Positions 20,625 through 33,509 of a stretch of DNA of 64,000 nt are shown piece after piece. The notes below the pieces were generated by a model. That model had not been told where the DNA came from and did no database searches. It saw only the letters and a program-made list of their open reading frames with translations. Origin of the DNA: an uncultured Pelagibacteraceae bacterium. Its GTDB lineage: Bacteria; Pseudomonadota; Alphaproteobacteria; Pelagibacterales; Pelagibacteraceae. Position 1 is the first letter of the stretch, and each line of letters opens with the position of its first letter. The stretch is from assembly GCA_902536765.1 (NCBI GenBank), contig CACAYM010000005.1:14725-78724 (forward strand), in the 5' to 3' direction. A program made the translations under genes and the position numbers.

Positions 20625-21054
20625 TAATTATTTTTTTTAGTACGCTTTTAAAATTATTTACCTCTAATGAAGAAGATTTTATAAGCGCATTGTAAATTCT
20701 TTTTTTTTGAGAACTGAAAATTTCATTAAATATTTCGTCACCTTTTTTTGTGAGATGAACATGTTTCATTCTCGAGTCCTTTTCGTCTTTGACGAAGGTG
20801 ATAATATTAAATTTTACTAAGTCATTAAGAATTCTATTTAAGCTTTGTTTCGTCACTTTTAATTTTTTTAAAAGATGAGATATGGTAATACCATGATTGA
20901 TGGAAAGAATATGTATAACCTTGTGATGAGCTATGCCCAAAGAATATTTATCGAGGGTTTTTTTGGCATCTCCAAAAGACTCTCGATATCCAATGAATAA
21001 TTTTTCAATAAATTCTTTTAATTGTTCGTCTTTTAAGTACAAAAGATCTTTCAT
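20617..21054 (-). CDS. MarR-family transcriptional regulator (PetP-like)
   Basis: TKQSLNRILNDL, DSRMKHVHLT winged-helix motif; marR-ompR-envZ opposite ilvE. Confidence 0.85.
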   Translation of the reverse strand: MKDLLYLKDEQLKEFIEKLFIGYRESFGDAKKTLDKYSLGIAHHKVIHILSINHGITISHLLKKLKVTKQSLNRILNDLVKFNIITFVKDEKDSRMKHVHLTKKGDEIFNEIFSSQKKRIYNALIKSSSLEVNNFKSVLKKIINE

Positions 21055-21068
21055 ATTGGTAAGTTATA

Positions 21069-21104
21069 TTGACATATTATACATACAAAGATATTTTTTT
21101 GGAA
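21069..21104. promoter_or_regulatory. Overlapping divergent sigma70 promoters for ilvE (+) and marR (-)
   Basis: Plus strand TTGACA (21069-21074)-N17-TATTTT (21092-21097); minus strand TATAAT (21081-21076). Confidence 0.5.
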
Positions 21105-21115
21105 AATAAAATCTA

Positions 21116-21997
21116 ATGATACCGTTCGACAAAAGAGAAGGAAAAATTTGGTACAATAACGAGCTTATTGATTGGCAAAATGTAAAACTGCATGTTTTAA
21201 GCCATGGATTACATTATGCTAGTTGTATATTTGAGGGGCTCAGAGTTTATGATGGAGAAATTTTTAAACTCGAAGAGCATACTGAAAGATTTTTTTATTC
21301 TGCAGAAAGAATGGGGATGGAATTACCATATACTCAAGAGGAAATAAATAATGCAACAAAAAAAACTGTTGCATCTCAAAAAGTTCAAAACGGATATATT
21401 AGACCATTTGCGTGGAGAGGCAGTGAGATGATGGCAATTTCTGCACAAAAAACAAAAATACATGTTGCGATTGCAGCCTGGGAATGGGGCACTTACTTTG
21501 ATCCAAAATTAAAGATGGAAGGAATAAAATTAAATATTTCTAAATGGAAAAGACCAGCTCCAGACTCTGTGCCCTGGGATACTAAAGCTTCAGGGCTTTA
21601 TATGATTTGCACTCTTTCTAAACATGAAGCTGAAAGATTAGGTTTTACAGATTCTTTAATGTTAGATTATGAGGGAAATATCGCAGAAGCGACTGGTGCA
21701 AATATTTTTTTTAAAGATAAAAATAATGAATTTCACACTCCAATTCCAGACTCTTTTCTTGATGGGATAACTAGGCGTACAGTAATTGATATTGCAAAAT
21801 CAAAAAATATTAAAGTGCACGAGAGAAAAATTTCTCCGAATGAACTCTTAGACTTTGAAGGTTGCTTTTTGACAGGAACTGCAGCCGAGGTAACACCAGT
21901 GTCTCAGATAGATAAAAATAATTATAAAGTTTGTGAAACAATTTTAGAATTATCTTCAAGTTACGATTCTCTAGTAAGAAAAAGAAAAGCTGCTTAA
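21116..21997 (+). CDS. ilvE: Branched-chain amino acid aminotransferase
   Basis: LHYASCIFEG, KASGLY, EATGANIF, L.GITR, FLTGTAAEVTP. Confidence 0.96.
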   Translation: MIPFDKREGKIWYNNELIDWQNVKLHVLSHGLHYASCIFEGLRVYDGEIFKLEEHTERFFYSAERMGMELPYTQEEINNATKKTVASQKVQNGYIRPFAWRGSEMMAISAQKTKIHVAIAAWEWGTYFDPKLKMEGIKLNISKWKRPAPDSVPWDTKASGLYMICTLSKHEAERLGFTDSLMLDYEGNIAEATGANIFFKDKNNEFHTPIPDSFLDGITRRTVIDIAKSKNIKVHERKISPNELLDFEGCFLTGTAAEVTPVSQIDKNNYKVCETILELSSSYDSLVRKRKAA

Positions 21998-22578
21998 TCT
22001 TTACTATCCTCAGAAATTGCGTGATCAATACCCTTTCTTAAATAGTCATAGGCTGTATACAAAGTAATAAATGCTGATAGCCAAAGCAAAATAATACCAA
22101 TGGTTTGGGCGTTATAGTCCTGAAAATTTATAATTTTATTTCCTGTTTCGCCAGTTAGGAGAAGTGAAATTGAAAGCATCTGTAAAAATGTTTTATATTT
22201 AGATAAATTAGAAACAGGTAAATTAATTTTACCTTTTGCCAAAAACTCTCTTAAACCTGATATCAAAATTTCTCTAGTTAAAATAATAATTGCCGCTATC
22301 ACTTCATAATTTTTAATAGTTTCATTCATTACTAGAAGAATTAAAGCCGTTGCAACAATAATCTTATCTGCTATTGGATCTAATAACTCTCCAAGTTTTG
22401 ATTCTTCTTTAAACATTCTAGCAAGCAAACCGTCTAAAAAGTCTGTAAATGACGCTATTACAAATAATGCAAATGGTAATACATCACCATAAAAACCAGG
22501 AAGATAAAAGGTAAAAACAAAAATAGGAACAATGATTATTCTTCCGATTGTCAAATAATTTGGAATTTTTATTTTCAT
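21994..22578 (-). CDS. pgsA: CDP-diacylglycerol--glycerol-3-phosphate 3-phosphatidyltransferase
   Basis: [32 protein letters not shown]. Confidence 0.96.
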   Translation of the reverse strand: MKIKIPNYLTIGRIIIVPIFVFTFYLPGFYGDVLPFALFVIASFTDFLDGLLARMFKEESKLGELLDPIADKIIVATALILLVMNETIKNYEVIAAIIILTREILISGLREFLAKGKINLPVSNLSKYKTFLQMLSISLLLTGETGNKIINFQDYNAQTIGIILLWLSAFITLYTAYDYLRKGIDHAISEDSKD

Positions 22579-24410
22579 TCGTGAAAAAAATTATATATTT
22601 TTGTTGCAACTTTTTCTTCAACACCATCCACAGATTTAATCTCATCAAGACTTGCAGATTCTACTGCTCTAGCTGAGCCAAAATGGTTCAATAATGCTCT
22701 TTTTCTTATTGATCCAATTCCCTCTATTTGATCTAAAAGAGATTTGCTTAAACCTTTTTTTCTTCTGACTCTATGGGCGCTTACCGCAAATCTATGCGCT
22801 TCATCTCTTATTCTTTGTAAAAAAAATAAGGTTGGTTCATTTTTTTCGAACTTGAATTCCTTTCCATTATGAAAAAAAGTCTCATTTCCACTATTTCTAA
22901 ATTTACCTTTTGCTATTGCGACAACCGGAATGTCATATAATCCTAATTCATTCAGCGTCTCTCTTGCGCTAGAATACTGACCTTTTCCTCCATCAATTAA
23001 AACTAAATCAGGGAATGAAAGATAGTTATCTTTTTCTTGCATTGCCCTTTTAAATCTTCTGGTCAAGACTTCTTTAATCATTCCGTAATCGTCCTGCTCA
23101 TTTTTTTGAACTTTAATATTAAATTTTCTATATCTTTTTTTAATAAAACCGTCTTCTCCATAAGTAATTAATGCACCAACACTATTCGTGCCTTGCATAT
23201 GACTATTATCATAGACTTCGATTAAACTTATATTAGATTCTAAATTGAATTTTTGTGCAATTTCCTCAAAGAAGTTTTTATTATTCTGACTTTCATAAAT
23301 TTTACGATTCAAACTATCTTTAGCATTTTTGATAGCTAGCTCTACAATTTTCAATTTTGAACCCTTCTTAGCAATTGAAATAGAAACATTTTTATTTTCT
23401 TTTTTTGAAAAAGTTTTTTCCAATAATTCTTTTTCTTTAATTTGATGACTTAAAATTAAATTTTGAGGCGCATTTTTATTTTCATAAAACTGTGCAATAA
23501 AAGAGTTTAAAATATCCTCTAATTTGTCGTCTGGATCATGTTTTGGGAAAAAAGCTTGATTGCCCCAATTTTGTTTTGACCTATAAAAAAATACTTGAAT
23601 ACATGTCTTACCAGACTCTTTAAAACCTGCAATTACATCTGCTTCAATTAAGTTAGCTTCATTCACTCTTTGTGATGATTGAATAATATTTAGCGATTTA
23701 ATTCTATCTCTTAATATTCCTGCTTTTTCGAAATCCAAATCCTCACTTGCCTTCTCCATTTGGTCAGAAAGACTTTTTTGTATTTTCCTTGATTTTCCAG
23801 ATACAAACTCAATTGCATCATCAACAGTTTTTGAATATTCATCTTTTTCAATATAACCAACGCATGGCCCCGAGCATCTTTTAATCTGATACAAAATACA
23901 AGGTCTCTCCCTTTTTTTAAAAACTGTGTCATCACAAACTCTTAATTGGAAAATTTTTTGTATCATTTTAATTGTCCAGTTTGCAGAACCTGCTGATGCA
24001 AATGGTCCAAAATAAAAACCATCTTTAGTTTTCTTTCCTCTGTGTTTTGTAATTTGTGGCCACTTATCTTTGTTGCCAATATAAATAAATGGAAATGATT
24101 TATCGTCTCTTAGAAGAATATTAAATCTTGGTTTATGTTTTTTAATTAAATTTGCCTCTAATAGTAACGCCTCACTTTCATTGGAGGTTGTTGTTATTTC
24201 AATTTTCCTTGTTTGAGAGAGCATTCTCTCAGTTCTAATAATATGATTTTTTTCAGAAACGTAAGACTTTAACCTGTTAGGAAGATTTTTGGCTTTACCC
24301 ACATATAGAATTTCATTTTTTTCATTTAACATTCTGTAAATTCCAGGCAGCTTAGGAATTACAGGAAGCTCCTTTTTTATAGCATCTTTTCCAATTTCAA
24401 GGTTTTTCAT
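22575..24410 (-). CDS. uvrC: Excinuclease ABC subunit C
   Basis: GIY-YIG ([13 protein letters not shown]), [20 protein letters not shown], HhH end. Confidence 0.98.
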   Translation of the reverse strand: MKNLEIGKDAIKKELPVIPKLPGIYRMLNEKNEILYVGKAKNLPNRLKSYVSEKNHIIRTERMLSQTRKIEITTTSNESEALLLEANLIKKHKPRFNILLRDDKSFPFIYIGNKDKWPQITKHRGKKTKDGFYFGPFASAGSANWTIKMIQKIFQLRVCDDTVFKKRERPCILYQIKRCSGPCVGYIEKDEYSKTVDDAIEFVSGKSRKIQKSLSDQMEKASEDLDFEKAGILRDRIKSLNIIQSSQRVNEANLIEADVIAGFKESGKTCIQVFFYRSKQNWGNQAFFPKHDPDDKLEDILNSFIAQFYENKNAPQNLILSHQIKEKELLEKTFSKKENKNVSISIAKKGSKLKIVELAIKNAKDSLNRKIYESQNNKNFFEEIAQKFNLESNISLIEVYDNSHMQGTNSVGALITYGEDGFIKKRYRKFNIKVQKNEQDDYGMIKEVLTRRFKRAMQEKDNYLSFPDLVLIDGGKGQYSSARETLNELGLYDIPVVAIAKGKFRNSGNETFFHNGKEFKFEKNEPTLFFLQRIRDEAHRFAVSAHRVRRKKGLSKSLLDQIEGIGSIRKRALLNHFGSARAVESASLDEIKSVDGVEEKVATKIYNFFHE

Positions 24411-24822
24411 GACTTCTTTTTTTTGAAATTTGAATTCCTACTGAAGTACAATCTTTCATGATTTCAAGCTTTTCAATTTGAAGTGAAATTTTATCAATTC
24501 TTTTATCTTTAAATAATTCATCAAATACATCTTCTGCTAATGTCTCTAAAAAATTATAATGCTTATTTTTTGTAAGTTTTTTTATTAATCTCACAAGCTT
24601 ATCATAATTAACTATAGACTTTAAATCTCTATCATTTGTGGGTTTCTTATCTTTATAATTTGCTTCTAAGCTAAATTTTACTTTTTGAGGTTTTTCTTTT
24701 TCAAAATCGTAGTAGCCAAGTGTGAGATTTAATATTAATTCTTTAATAATGACTTTTTTTTCGTAATTAAATAGAGTTTTATTTTTATCAATCTTAATAA
24801 TTCTTAAATTAGTTTTTTTCAT
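24397..24822 (-). CDS. folB: Dihydroneopterin aldolase
   Basis: [27 protein letters not shown]; SDR-folB-uvrC context. Confidence 0.85.
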   Translation of the reverse strand: MKKTNLRIIKIDKNKTLFNYEKKVIIKELILNLTLGYYDFEKEKPQKVKFSLEANYKDKKPTNDRDLKSIVNYDKLVRLIKKLTKNKHYNFLETLAEDVFDELFKDKRIDKISLQIEKLEIMKDCTSVGIQISKKRSHEKP

Positions 24823-25776
24823 TTATTTTATTCTTGAAGCAATATATTCTTTGATCATTGGGTGATAATACATAAAACAATCTGCAAAATCTATTATATG
24901 GGCATCTTTTACTGGCTCTTCCCAATTTGAACCTGCTATTTTACATTTTTCTCCATTAATTTTTTTCGTTTCTGAAACTACTACTCTCTTAAAGTTAGGA
25001 ACAGTATCCATCCAATCAGACGTTAATCCCTCATAGTGATCCATAGGATGCGTAAAAATTAAAATTGGTGCATTTCCCTCTTTAATTATATCAATCTGTT
25101 TTTGTCTCCATCCAGCCATACCAGGATATTTTTTATGAAAATTTTCCATAGCTTTCTCGTAACCAACTTTTTTTACTTTATATTTTTTTGACAAGTTCCA
25201 AAAACATGAAGGCATCAACGATATACCTCCACCTACTTCATTTATATATTTTGCTGTTAACCTTAGCGTCGCCCATCCACCACAAGAATGACCTGACATA
25301 AAAATTTGTTTCTTTGGAACACCTAAATTAACAAATTTCTTAACAACCTCTAAATTACCTTCAACTCTTCGATCCATTTTTGAGGTACCTGGATAAGGTC
25401 CCTCCCATTTTTTCATCCACATTCCTGTTTTCCCTAGTTTAGCACCTAAATCACCCTCTAGTTGACCTTGGCAGTGTATATAAACCATAATTTCTTTATC
25501 ATTTATTTTATCACCAGCTAGTTGAGCCCAATTTCTAAGTTCTGATCTCCAGAAACAATGTTTTAATTTAACATCATTTCCGTCAGAACCATGATTGTAT
25601 ATTATTATTATTTTATCTTTAGGGTTATTTACCTCAAAATTTTCATCAATTTTAATTTTATCTTTCCATTTATTTGTGGGTACTACAAAACCATCTTTTT
25701 TTATAACTTCTTTTGAGTTTGCATAAACATTCGTAGAAAAAATTAAAATAAAAAATATAAAAACAAACTTTCTCAT
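24823..25776 (-). CDS. Secreted alpha/beta-hydrolase-fold protein, function unknown
   Basis: Signal peptide (..STNVYA), HGS oxyanion-like motif, GHSCGG nucleophile elbow, candidate Asp and His downstream. Confidence 0.7.
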   Translation of the reverse strand: MRKFVFIFFILIFSTNVYANSKEVIKKDGFVVPTNKWKDKIKIDENFEVNNPKDKIIIIYNHGSDGNDVKLKHCFWRSELRNWAQLAGDKINDKEIMVYIHCQGQLEGDLGAKLGKTGMWMKKWEGPYPGTSKMDRRVEGNLEVVKKFVNLGVPKKQIFMSGHSCGGWATLRLTAKYINEVGGGISLMPSCFWNLSKKYKVKKVGYEKAMENFHKKYPGMAGWRQKQIDIIKEGNAPILIFTHPMDHYEGLTSDWMDTVPNFKRVVVSETKKINGEKCKIAGSNWEEPVKDAHIIDFADCFMYYHPMIKEYIASRIK

Positions 25777-26528
25777 TCTTTGCCTCCCATAATATCTGGT
25801 GTTTGCCAGTTTAGGCTTTGACCACTGTCTAAAGCTATTACTTGCCCAGTAATAGACTTATTTTTTATAAAAAAGTCAACAGCATTACAAACCTGCTCAA
25901 CCTCAACCTGTCTTCTTAAAGGTGTTGCTAAATACTGTTTTTTGAAATGTTTTTCTGATTGTCTTTTATTCTTTAAAGTCGGGCCAGGTGCTATACCGTT
26001 AACTCTTATATTTGGAGCAAGGCTCATAGCACTTGTTTTTGTCAATGTGTATAATCCAGTTTTACTTAAAGTGTATGAGAAAAAAAAAGGTGTGAGTTTA
26101 AACACTCTTTGATCAATTATATTTATTATATTGTTATTTTTTCCTCGCACATTCTTTGAAAAACTTTTTGAGAGCGTTGCTGGCGCTTTTAAGTTTGTAG
26201 AAATATGATTTTCCCAGCTATCTGAGGAAAAATTTTCCAATTTGTCGTTTTCAAATAGTGAAGCATTGTTAATTAAGCAATCAAAATATTTTAGTTTTTT
26301 TTTTGCAAATTCAACTATTTTTTGAACATCTTTGTCTTTACTTAGATCTGCTTTAATCAGATATACTTTAGTACCTTTTAGTGTTAATTTTTTTTTAAGT
26401 TTTTCAGCGCTTATTTTTGATTTATTAAATTGAATAACTATTTCTTTGTTAAAACCTGATAGACTTTCAGCTATTGCAGCTCCAATTCTTGTTGCTCCTC
26501 CTGTAATGATTATCTTTTGTGCTTCCAT
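25773..26528 (-). CDS. Short-chain dehydrogenase, pteridine-reductase (FolM/PTR1)-like
   Basis: [28 protein letters not shown]; same operon as folB. Confidence 0.75.
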   Translation of the reverse strand: MEAQKIIITGGATRIGAAIAESLSGFNKEIVIQFNKSKISAEKLKKKLTLKGTKVYLIKADLSKDKDVQKIVEFAKKKLKYFDCLINNASLFENDKLENFSSDSWENHISTNLKAPATLSKSFSKNVRGKNNNIINIIDQRVFKLTPFFFSYTLSKTGLYTLTKTSAMSLAPNIRVNGIAPGPTLKNKRQSEKHFKKQYLATPLRRQVEVEQVCNAVDFFIKNKSITGQVIALDSGQSLNWQTPDIMGGKE

Positions 26529-28684
26529 TTTTTGTCTCTTTTTTTCGTTACTTTTGTGCCAGGCATTCCCATTGTAGAACGTCCTTTTGGATAGAGTTTA
26601 TTTTTAACATCGTACTGTCTTATCTTTGGATTCAAAGTAATTTCTAACTCTGTTGTTTCAAGTTTTCTAATTTCATCCCTTATTTTTGCAGCTTCTTCAA
26701 ATTCCAAGTTAGAAGCTGCTTCTTTCATTTTTTTATTTAAGCCTTTTAAATGTTTTTTTAGGTTTCCACCTATGTTCGATCCTTCACTAATTTTTACATA
26801 ATCTTTCTCATATACACTTTCTAAAATATCACTTATTTCCTTTTTGACGGATTTAGCATCAATCTTGTTCTTTTTGTTATACTCTAATTGAATTTCTCTT
26901 CGTCTATCTGTTTCTTTTATTGCTTTTTTGATACTTTTAGTTTCTTTATCTGCGTATAGAACAACTTTTCCCTCAACGTTTCTAGCAGCTCTCCCAATCG
27001 TTTGGATAAGTGATGTTTCTGACCTCAAGAATCCTTCTTTGTCAGCGTCAAGAATACCAACTAAGGCACACTCAGGTATATCTAATCCTTCTCTTAAAAG
27101 ATTTATTCCAACTAATACATCAAACACACCCATTCTTAAATCTCTCATAATTTCTATTCTTTCAAGTGTGTCTATATCAGAGTGAAGATATCTAACTTTA
27201 ATTCCATTTTCATGTAAGTATTCTGTAAGGTCCTCAGCCATTTTTTTGGTCAAAGTTGTGACTAGAACACGATGATTTTTTTCTATAACTTTTTTACATT
27301 CATGCATTAAGTCATCAACTTGATTTTTAGCTGGTCTTATTTCAACTTCTGGATCAATTAGACCAGTTGGTCTAATAACTTGATCAATAAATTTTCCTTT
27401 AGTTTGTTCTAGTTCCCATGGACCGGGAGTTGCAGAAACAAATACTGTTTGTGTTCTCATTAAATCCCACTCCTCAAATTTTAGCGGTCTATTATCCATA
27501 CAAGATGGTAATCTGAAACCATACTCTGCGAGTGTGCTTTTTCTTGATCTATCTCCTTTGAACATTCCATTTAATTGTGGAACTGTGACATGGGACTCGT
27601 CTACAAAAATTAAAGTATTATCTGGAAAATATTCAAATAATGTTGGTGGTGGTTCACCTGGTTTTCTTCCAGATAAAAATCTTGAATAATTTTCTATTCC
27701 AGCACATGTTCCAGTAGCCTCAATCATTTCTAAGTCAAATTTAGTTCTTTCTTCTAGTCTTTGTGCCTCTAAAAGTTTGTTTTCCTCTTTATGTTTTTTA
27801 AGAGTTATTTCTAATTCTTTTCTTATATTAATAATCGCCTGTTCTACGGTTGGTTTTGGAGTGATGTAGTGACTGTTTGCATAAACTTTTATTAAACTTA
27901 GCTCTCTAACCTGATCACCAGTCAGTGGATCAAACTCTTCAATTTTTTCTAATTTATCTCCGAATAAACTTAATCTCCATGCTCTATCCTCAAGATGGGA
28001 GGGAAATATTTCTAAATATTCTCCTCTTGCTCTAAAAGTTCCTCTATGAAAATTTTGATCATTTCTTTTATACTGCAGGCTAATTAAAGATTTTATTATT
28101 TGTTCTCGATTATAATCATAATTTTTTTGAAGAGTAAGTGTCATCTTACTGTATGCTTCTACTGAGCCTAATCCATAAATACATGACACACTTGCTACTA
28201 TTAAAACATCATCACGTTCTAATAGAGATCTTGTTGCAGAGTGTCTCATTCTATCTATTTGTTCATTTATTGACGCTTCTTTCTCAATATATGTATCGGA
28301 ACGAGGAACGTAAGCCTCAGGTGTGTAATAGTCATAATATGATACAAAATATTCTACTGCATTGTCTGGAAAAAAAGTTTTCATTTCGCCATAAAGCTGT
28401 GCTGCAAGAGTTTTATTTGGAGCTAAAATTAAAGCCGGTCTGTTTGTAGCTTCTATAACTTTCGCCATAGTAAAAGTTTTTCCAGAACCAGTAACTCCAA
28501 GTAAAACTTGATTAAATTGATCTTTATTGGCTCCGTTAACTAGTTTTTTTATTGCGTCAGGCTGATCTCCCGCAGGTTTAAAATCCGACTTTATTTTAAA
28601 CTTTTTACCACCTTCTAGTTTACCGCTAATTTCAGGTTTTTTTCCCTCTAGATCTGTAATTAAATCTTGATATGTATTTTGCAT
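26510..28684 (-). CDS. uvrB: Excinuclease ABC subunit B
   Basis: [41 protein letters not shown]. Confidence 0.99.
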   Translation of the reverse strand: MQNTYQDLITDLEGKKPEISGKLEGGKKFKIKSDFKPAGDQPDAIKKLVNGANKDQFNQVLLGVTGSGKTFTMAKVIEATNRPALILAPNKTLAAQLYGEMKTFFPDNAVEYFVSYYDYYTPEAYVPRSDTYIEKEASINEQIDRMRHSATRSLLERDDVLIVASVSCIYGLGSVEAYSKMTLTLQKNYDYNREQIIKSLISLQYKRNDQNFHRGTFRARGEYLEIFPSHLEDRAWRLSLFGDKLEKIEEFDPLTGDQVRELSLIKVYANSHYITPKPTVEQAIINIRKELEITLKKHKEENKLLEAQRLEERTKFDLEMIEATGTCAGIENYSRFLSGRKPGEPPPTLFEYFPDNTLIFVDESHVTVPQLNGMFKGDRSRKSTLAEYGFRLPSCMDNRPLKFEEWDLMRTQTVFVSATPGPWELEQTKGKFIDQVIRPTGLIDPEVEIRPAKNQVDDLMHECKKVIEKNHRVLVTTLTKKMAEDLTEYLHENGIKVRYLHSDIDTLERIEIMRDLRMGVFDVLVGINLLREGLDIPECALVGILDADKEGFLRSETSLIQTIGRAARNVEGKVVLYADKETKSIKKAIKETDRRREIQLEYNKKNKIDAKSVKKEISDILESVYEKDYVKISEGSNIGGNLKKHLKGLNKKMKEAASNLEFEEAAKIRDEIRKLETTELEITLNPKIRQYDVKNKLYPKGRSTMGMPGTKVTKKRDKKWKHKR

Positions 28685-28708
28685 ATAATAAACAAAGTAA
28701 TAAAATAA

Positions 28709-30934
<2,226 letters not shown>

Positions 30935-30939
30935 ATTTG

Positions 30940-31887
30940 TTATTTATGAGAAAGATGTTTTTCAGCTTCAAGCGCCGCCATACATCCCATTCCAGCAGCA
31001 GTTACAGCCTGTCTAAATATTTTATCTTTTACGTCCCCAGCAGCAAATACTCCAGGAACATTAGTTTCAGTTGAGTCTGGCTTAGTAATCAAATAACCTT
31101 CCTTATCCATTTTAAGTTGATCTTTAAATAATTGTGTAGCAGGATCATGACCAATAGCAATAAAAAGACCATCAATTTTCATTTCCCCAGATTGATTTGT
31201 TTTTACATTTTTTACTTTTAAACCTGTTACATTTTTAGGATCTTTATCTCCCAAAACATCTTCAACAACAGTATCCCATACAATTTCAATTTTTTTATTT
31301 TCCATTAATTTTTTTTGCAACATTTTCTCAGCTCTTAATTCGTTTCTTCTATGAATAAGTTTTACTTTAGATGCAAACTTGGTAAGAAACATTGCTTCTT
31401 CTACAGCTGCATTTCCACCACCTACAACCGCTACAGTCTTATCCTTAAAAAAGAAACCATCACATGTCGCGCAAGCGGAAACCCCAAACCCTTTATATTC
31501 TTGTTCAGATTTAATATTAAGCCATCTAGCTTGAGCTCCAGTTGATATGATAATTGAGTCTGCCGTGTATTTCTGGCCACTTTCACCTATAGCCTCAAAA
31601 GGTTTTGACTTTAAATTTACTGATGCAATGTGATCCTCAATCATTTCAGTACCAACTGCTTTTGCTTGATCCTTCATTTGATCCATCAACCATGGACCTT
31701 GAATAACTTCTGCAAAACCAGGATAGTTTTCAACGTCAGTTGTTATGGTTAATTGACCACCTGGCTGCATTCCGTGAACTAAAATTGGCTTAAGCATTGC
31801 CCTAGCAGAATAAACTGCAGCGGTATATCCAGCTGGGCCGGATCCAATTATTAACACTTTTGTGTGTTTAGTTGGATTTTGATTCAT
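30940..31887 (-). CDS. trxB: Thioredoxin reductase (likely start ATG 31887)
   Basis: IIGSGPAGYTAA, GGQLTITT.VENYPG, CATCDG, AAGDV. Confidence 0.98.
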   Translation of the reverse strand: MNQNPTKHTKVLIIGSGPAGYTAAVYSARAMLKPILVHGMQPGGQLTITTDVENYPGFAEVIQGPWLMDQMKDQAKAVGTEMIEDHIASVNLKSKPFEAIGESGQKYTADSIIISTGAQARWLNIKSEQEYKGFGVSACATCDGFFFKDKTVAVVGGGNAAVEEAMFLTKFASKVKLIHRRNELRAEKMLQKKLMENKKIEIVWDTVVEDVLGDKDPKNVTGLKVKNVKTNQSGEMKIDGLFIAIGHDPATQLFKDQLKMDKEGYLITKPDSTETNVPGVFAAGDVKDKIFRQAVTAAGMGCMAALEAEKHLSHK

Positions 31888-31908
31888 ATCAAAGCTATAT
31901 AGTAACAA

Positions 31909-32847
31909 ATGACTAAATTAAAAGCATTATTATTAACCGAGGGGCTACATGGGATGATTAGTCAGACTGAAGGCTTAGCAAAAGCCTTAAATTTTGATTA
32001 TATTCACGAGAAGATTGAATTAAATAGTTTTTGGAAATTAATACCCACTAATTTTACTCCGGTAAAAAAATTTGTTTTTAAAAATCAAATAGAACAAGAT
32101 TTTGATGTTATAATTTCATGTGGAAGAAAAAGTATAATTCCTTCATTATTTTTAAAAAAAAACTCCAAAAAAAAAATAATAAATATCCATATTCAAAACC
32201 CCAAAATAGCAATAAAACATTTTGATTTTGTTGTGTGTCCTGAACACGACGATCTTGAAGGGCCAAACGTTCTAAGCACAAAAGGAGCCATACACTATTT
32301 AACTCATGAAGAGATAAATAATTCAAAAGATTATCTTTTAAAAAAGTTGCAGAGAGACAAAGATATCATTACTTTAATTTTAGGGGGCCCAAACAAGTAC
32401 TACAATTATAGTGATGAAAATATGATAAGTATTTTCTCAATAATTAATCGAATGTTAAAAGAACATAATTTGCAACTTATTGTTATCCCATCAAACAGAA
32501 CCCCAAAGAAAACAATAGAATTATCTAAAGAATATTTTACTAATAATCGAACTGTAATTGATGTTGTAGATAAGTCTGCTTATCTGTCGAGTTTAGCTTT
32601 ATCAAAATATTTAGTTGTAACTTGCGACTCCACCTCAATGATTTCTGAGGCTGCCTTGACAGGAAAACCAGTTTATGTCGCAATGATTCCAGCTTTAAGA
32701 AATGATAAAAGGTTTCAAAGGTTTAGAATTTTATTTGAAAAAATGAATATTATTAAAAAATTAGATAGTAAGCTTGAAACCTGGAACTATGAAAAACTAA
32801 ATGAAGCAGATAGGATAGCTTTAGAAATAAAACAAAAAATAAATTAA
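31909..32847 (+). CDS. ELM1 (DUF1022) family protein, function unknown in bacteria
   Basis: GMISQTEGLA, IHIQNP, FDFVVCPEHD, LILGG, SNRTP, TCDSTSMISEA..GKPV. Confidence 0.82.
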   Translation: MTKLKALLLTEGLHGMISQTEGLAKALNFDYIHEKIELNSFWKLIPTNFTPVKKFVFKNQIEQDFDVIISCGRKSIIPSLFLKKNSKKKIINIHIQNPKIAIKHFDFVVCPEHDDLEGPNVLSTKGAIHYLTHEEINNSKDYLLKKLQRDKDIITLILGGPNKYYNYSDENMISIFSIINRMLKEHNLQLIVIPSNRTPKKTIELSKEYFTNNRTVIDVVDKSAYLSSLALSKYLVVTCDSTSMISEAALTGKPVYVAMIPALRNDKRFQRFRILFEKMNIIKKLDSKLETWNYEKLNEADRIALEIKQKIN

Positions 32848-33509
32848 TGTCATTCTTAAATTCTCTGAACAAAAAATCAAAACATTTTACTTCACCATTC
32901 AAGCATTGGGAAATAAATGAGCCATTAACCAATGAAGCAATTAATGAGATAATAAAAGCAGATATAGCTAATCCAAATGAGCACGAAATTGAATATGATG
33001 GAACGCGAGCAATAGACGGAGGAGAGGGAAATTTCAGAGAAGGAATTAGTTCAGGTGGAAAAGCTTTAAAGTTTAGATGTTTTATAACTAAGGAAAATTC
33101 TAAAGATTTTCCAGGCCTAACTAAATTTATTGAGGAACTCAGACAAAAAAAAACTCACCATAAAATTTCTGAAATGATCGAAAAGGATCTTTCCAATTCA
33201 TTTGTACGAGTTGAAGTGATTTGTGATAGAGAAGGATTTTGGCTCAAACCCCATTGTGATATAAAAGAAAAGCTCTTGTCTTGTTTACTCTTTGTTAATA
33301 ACGAAAATGAAAGTGAAAATCTTGGTACAGATTTCTACGACAATAATCTTAAAAAAATAAAAACATTACCTTATAGACACAACTATGGTTATTTTTTCTC
33401 TAGCGGACCCGACACCTGGCACGGAATGGAGAAAAAGGAGATAATAAAGGAACGTAGATGTCTTCAAGTTAATTATGTGACCTTCAACACAGATTGGAAA
33501 GTTTATTAA
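32847..33509 (+). CDS. 2-oxoglutarate/Fe(II)-dependent oxygenase
   Basis: HCD ... WHG facial triad and RRCLQVNY 2OG-binding Arg; TAATG coupling to ELM1. Confidence 0.8.
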   Translation: MSFLNSLNKKSKHFTSPFKHWEINEPLTNEAINEIIKADIANPNEHEIEYDGTRAIDGGEGNFREGISSGGKALKFRCFITKENSKDFPGLTKFIEELRQKKTHHKISEMIEKDLSNSFVRVEVICDREGFWLKPHCDIKEKLLSCLLFVNNENESENLGTDFYDNNLKKIKTLPYRHNYGYFFSSGPDTWHGMEKKEIIKERRCLQVNYVTFNTDWKVY

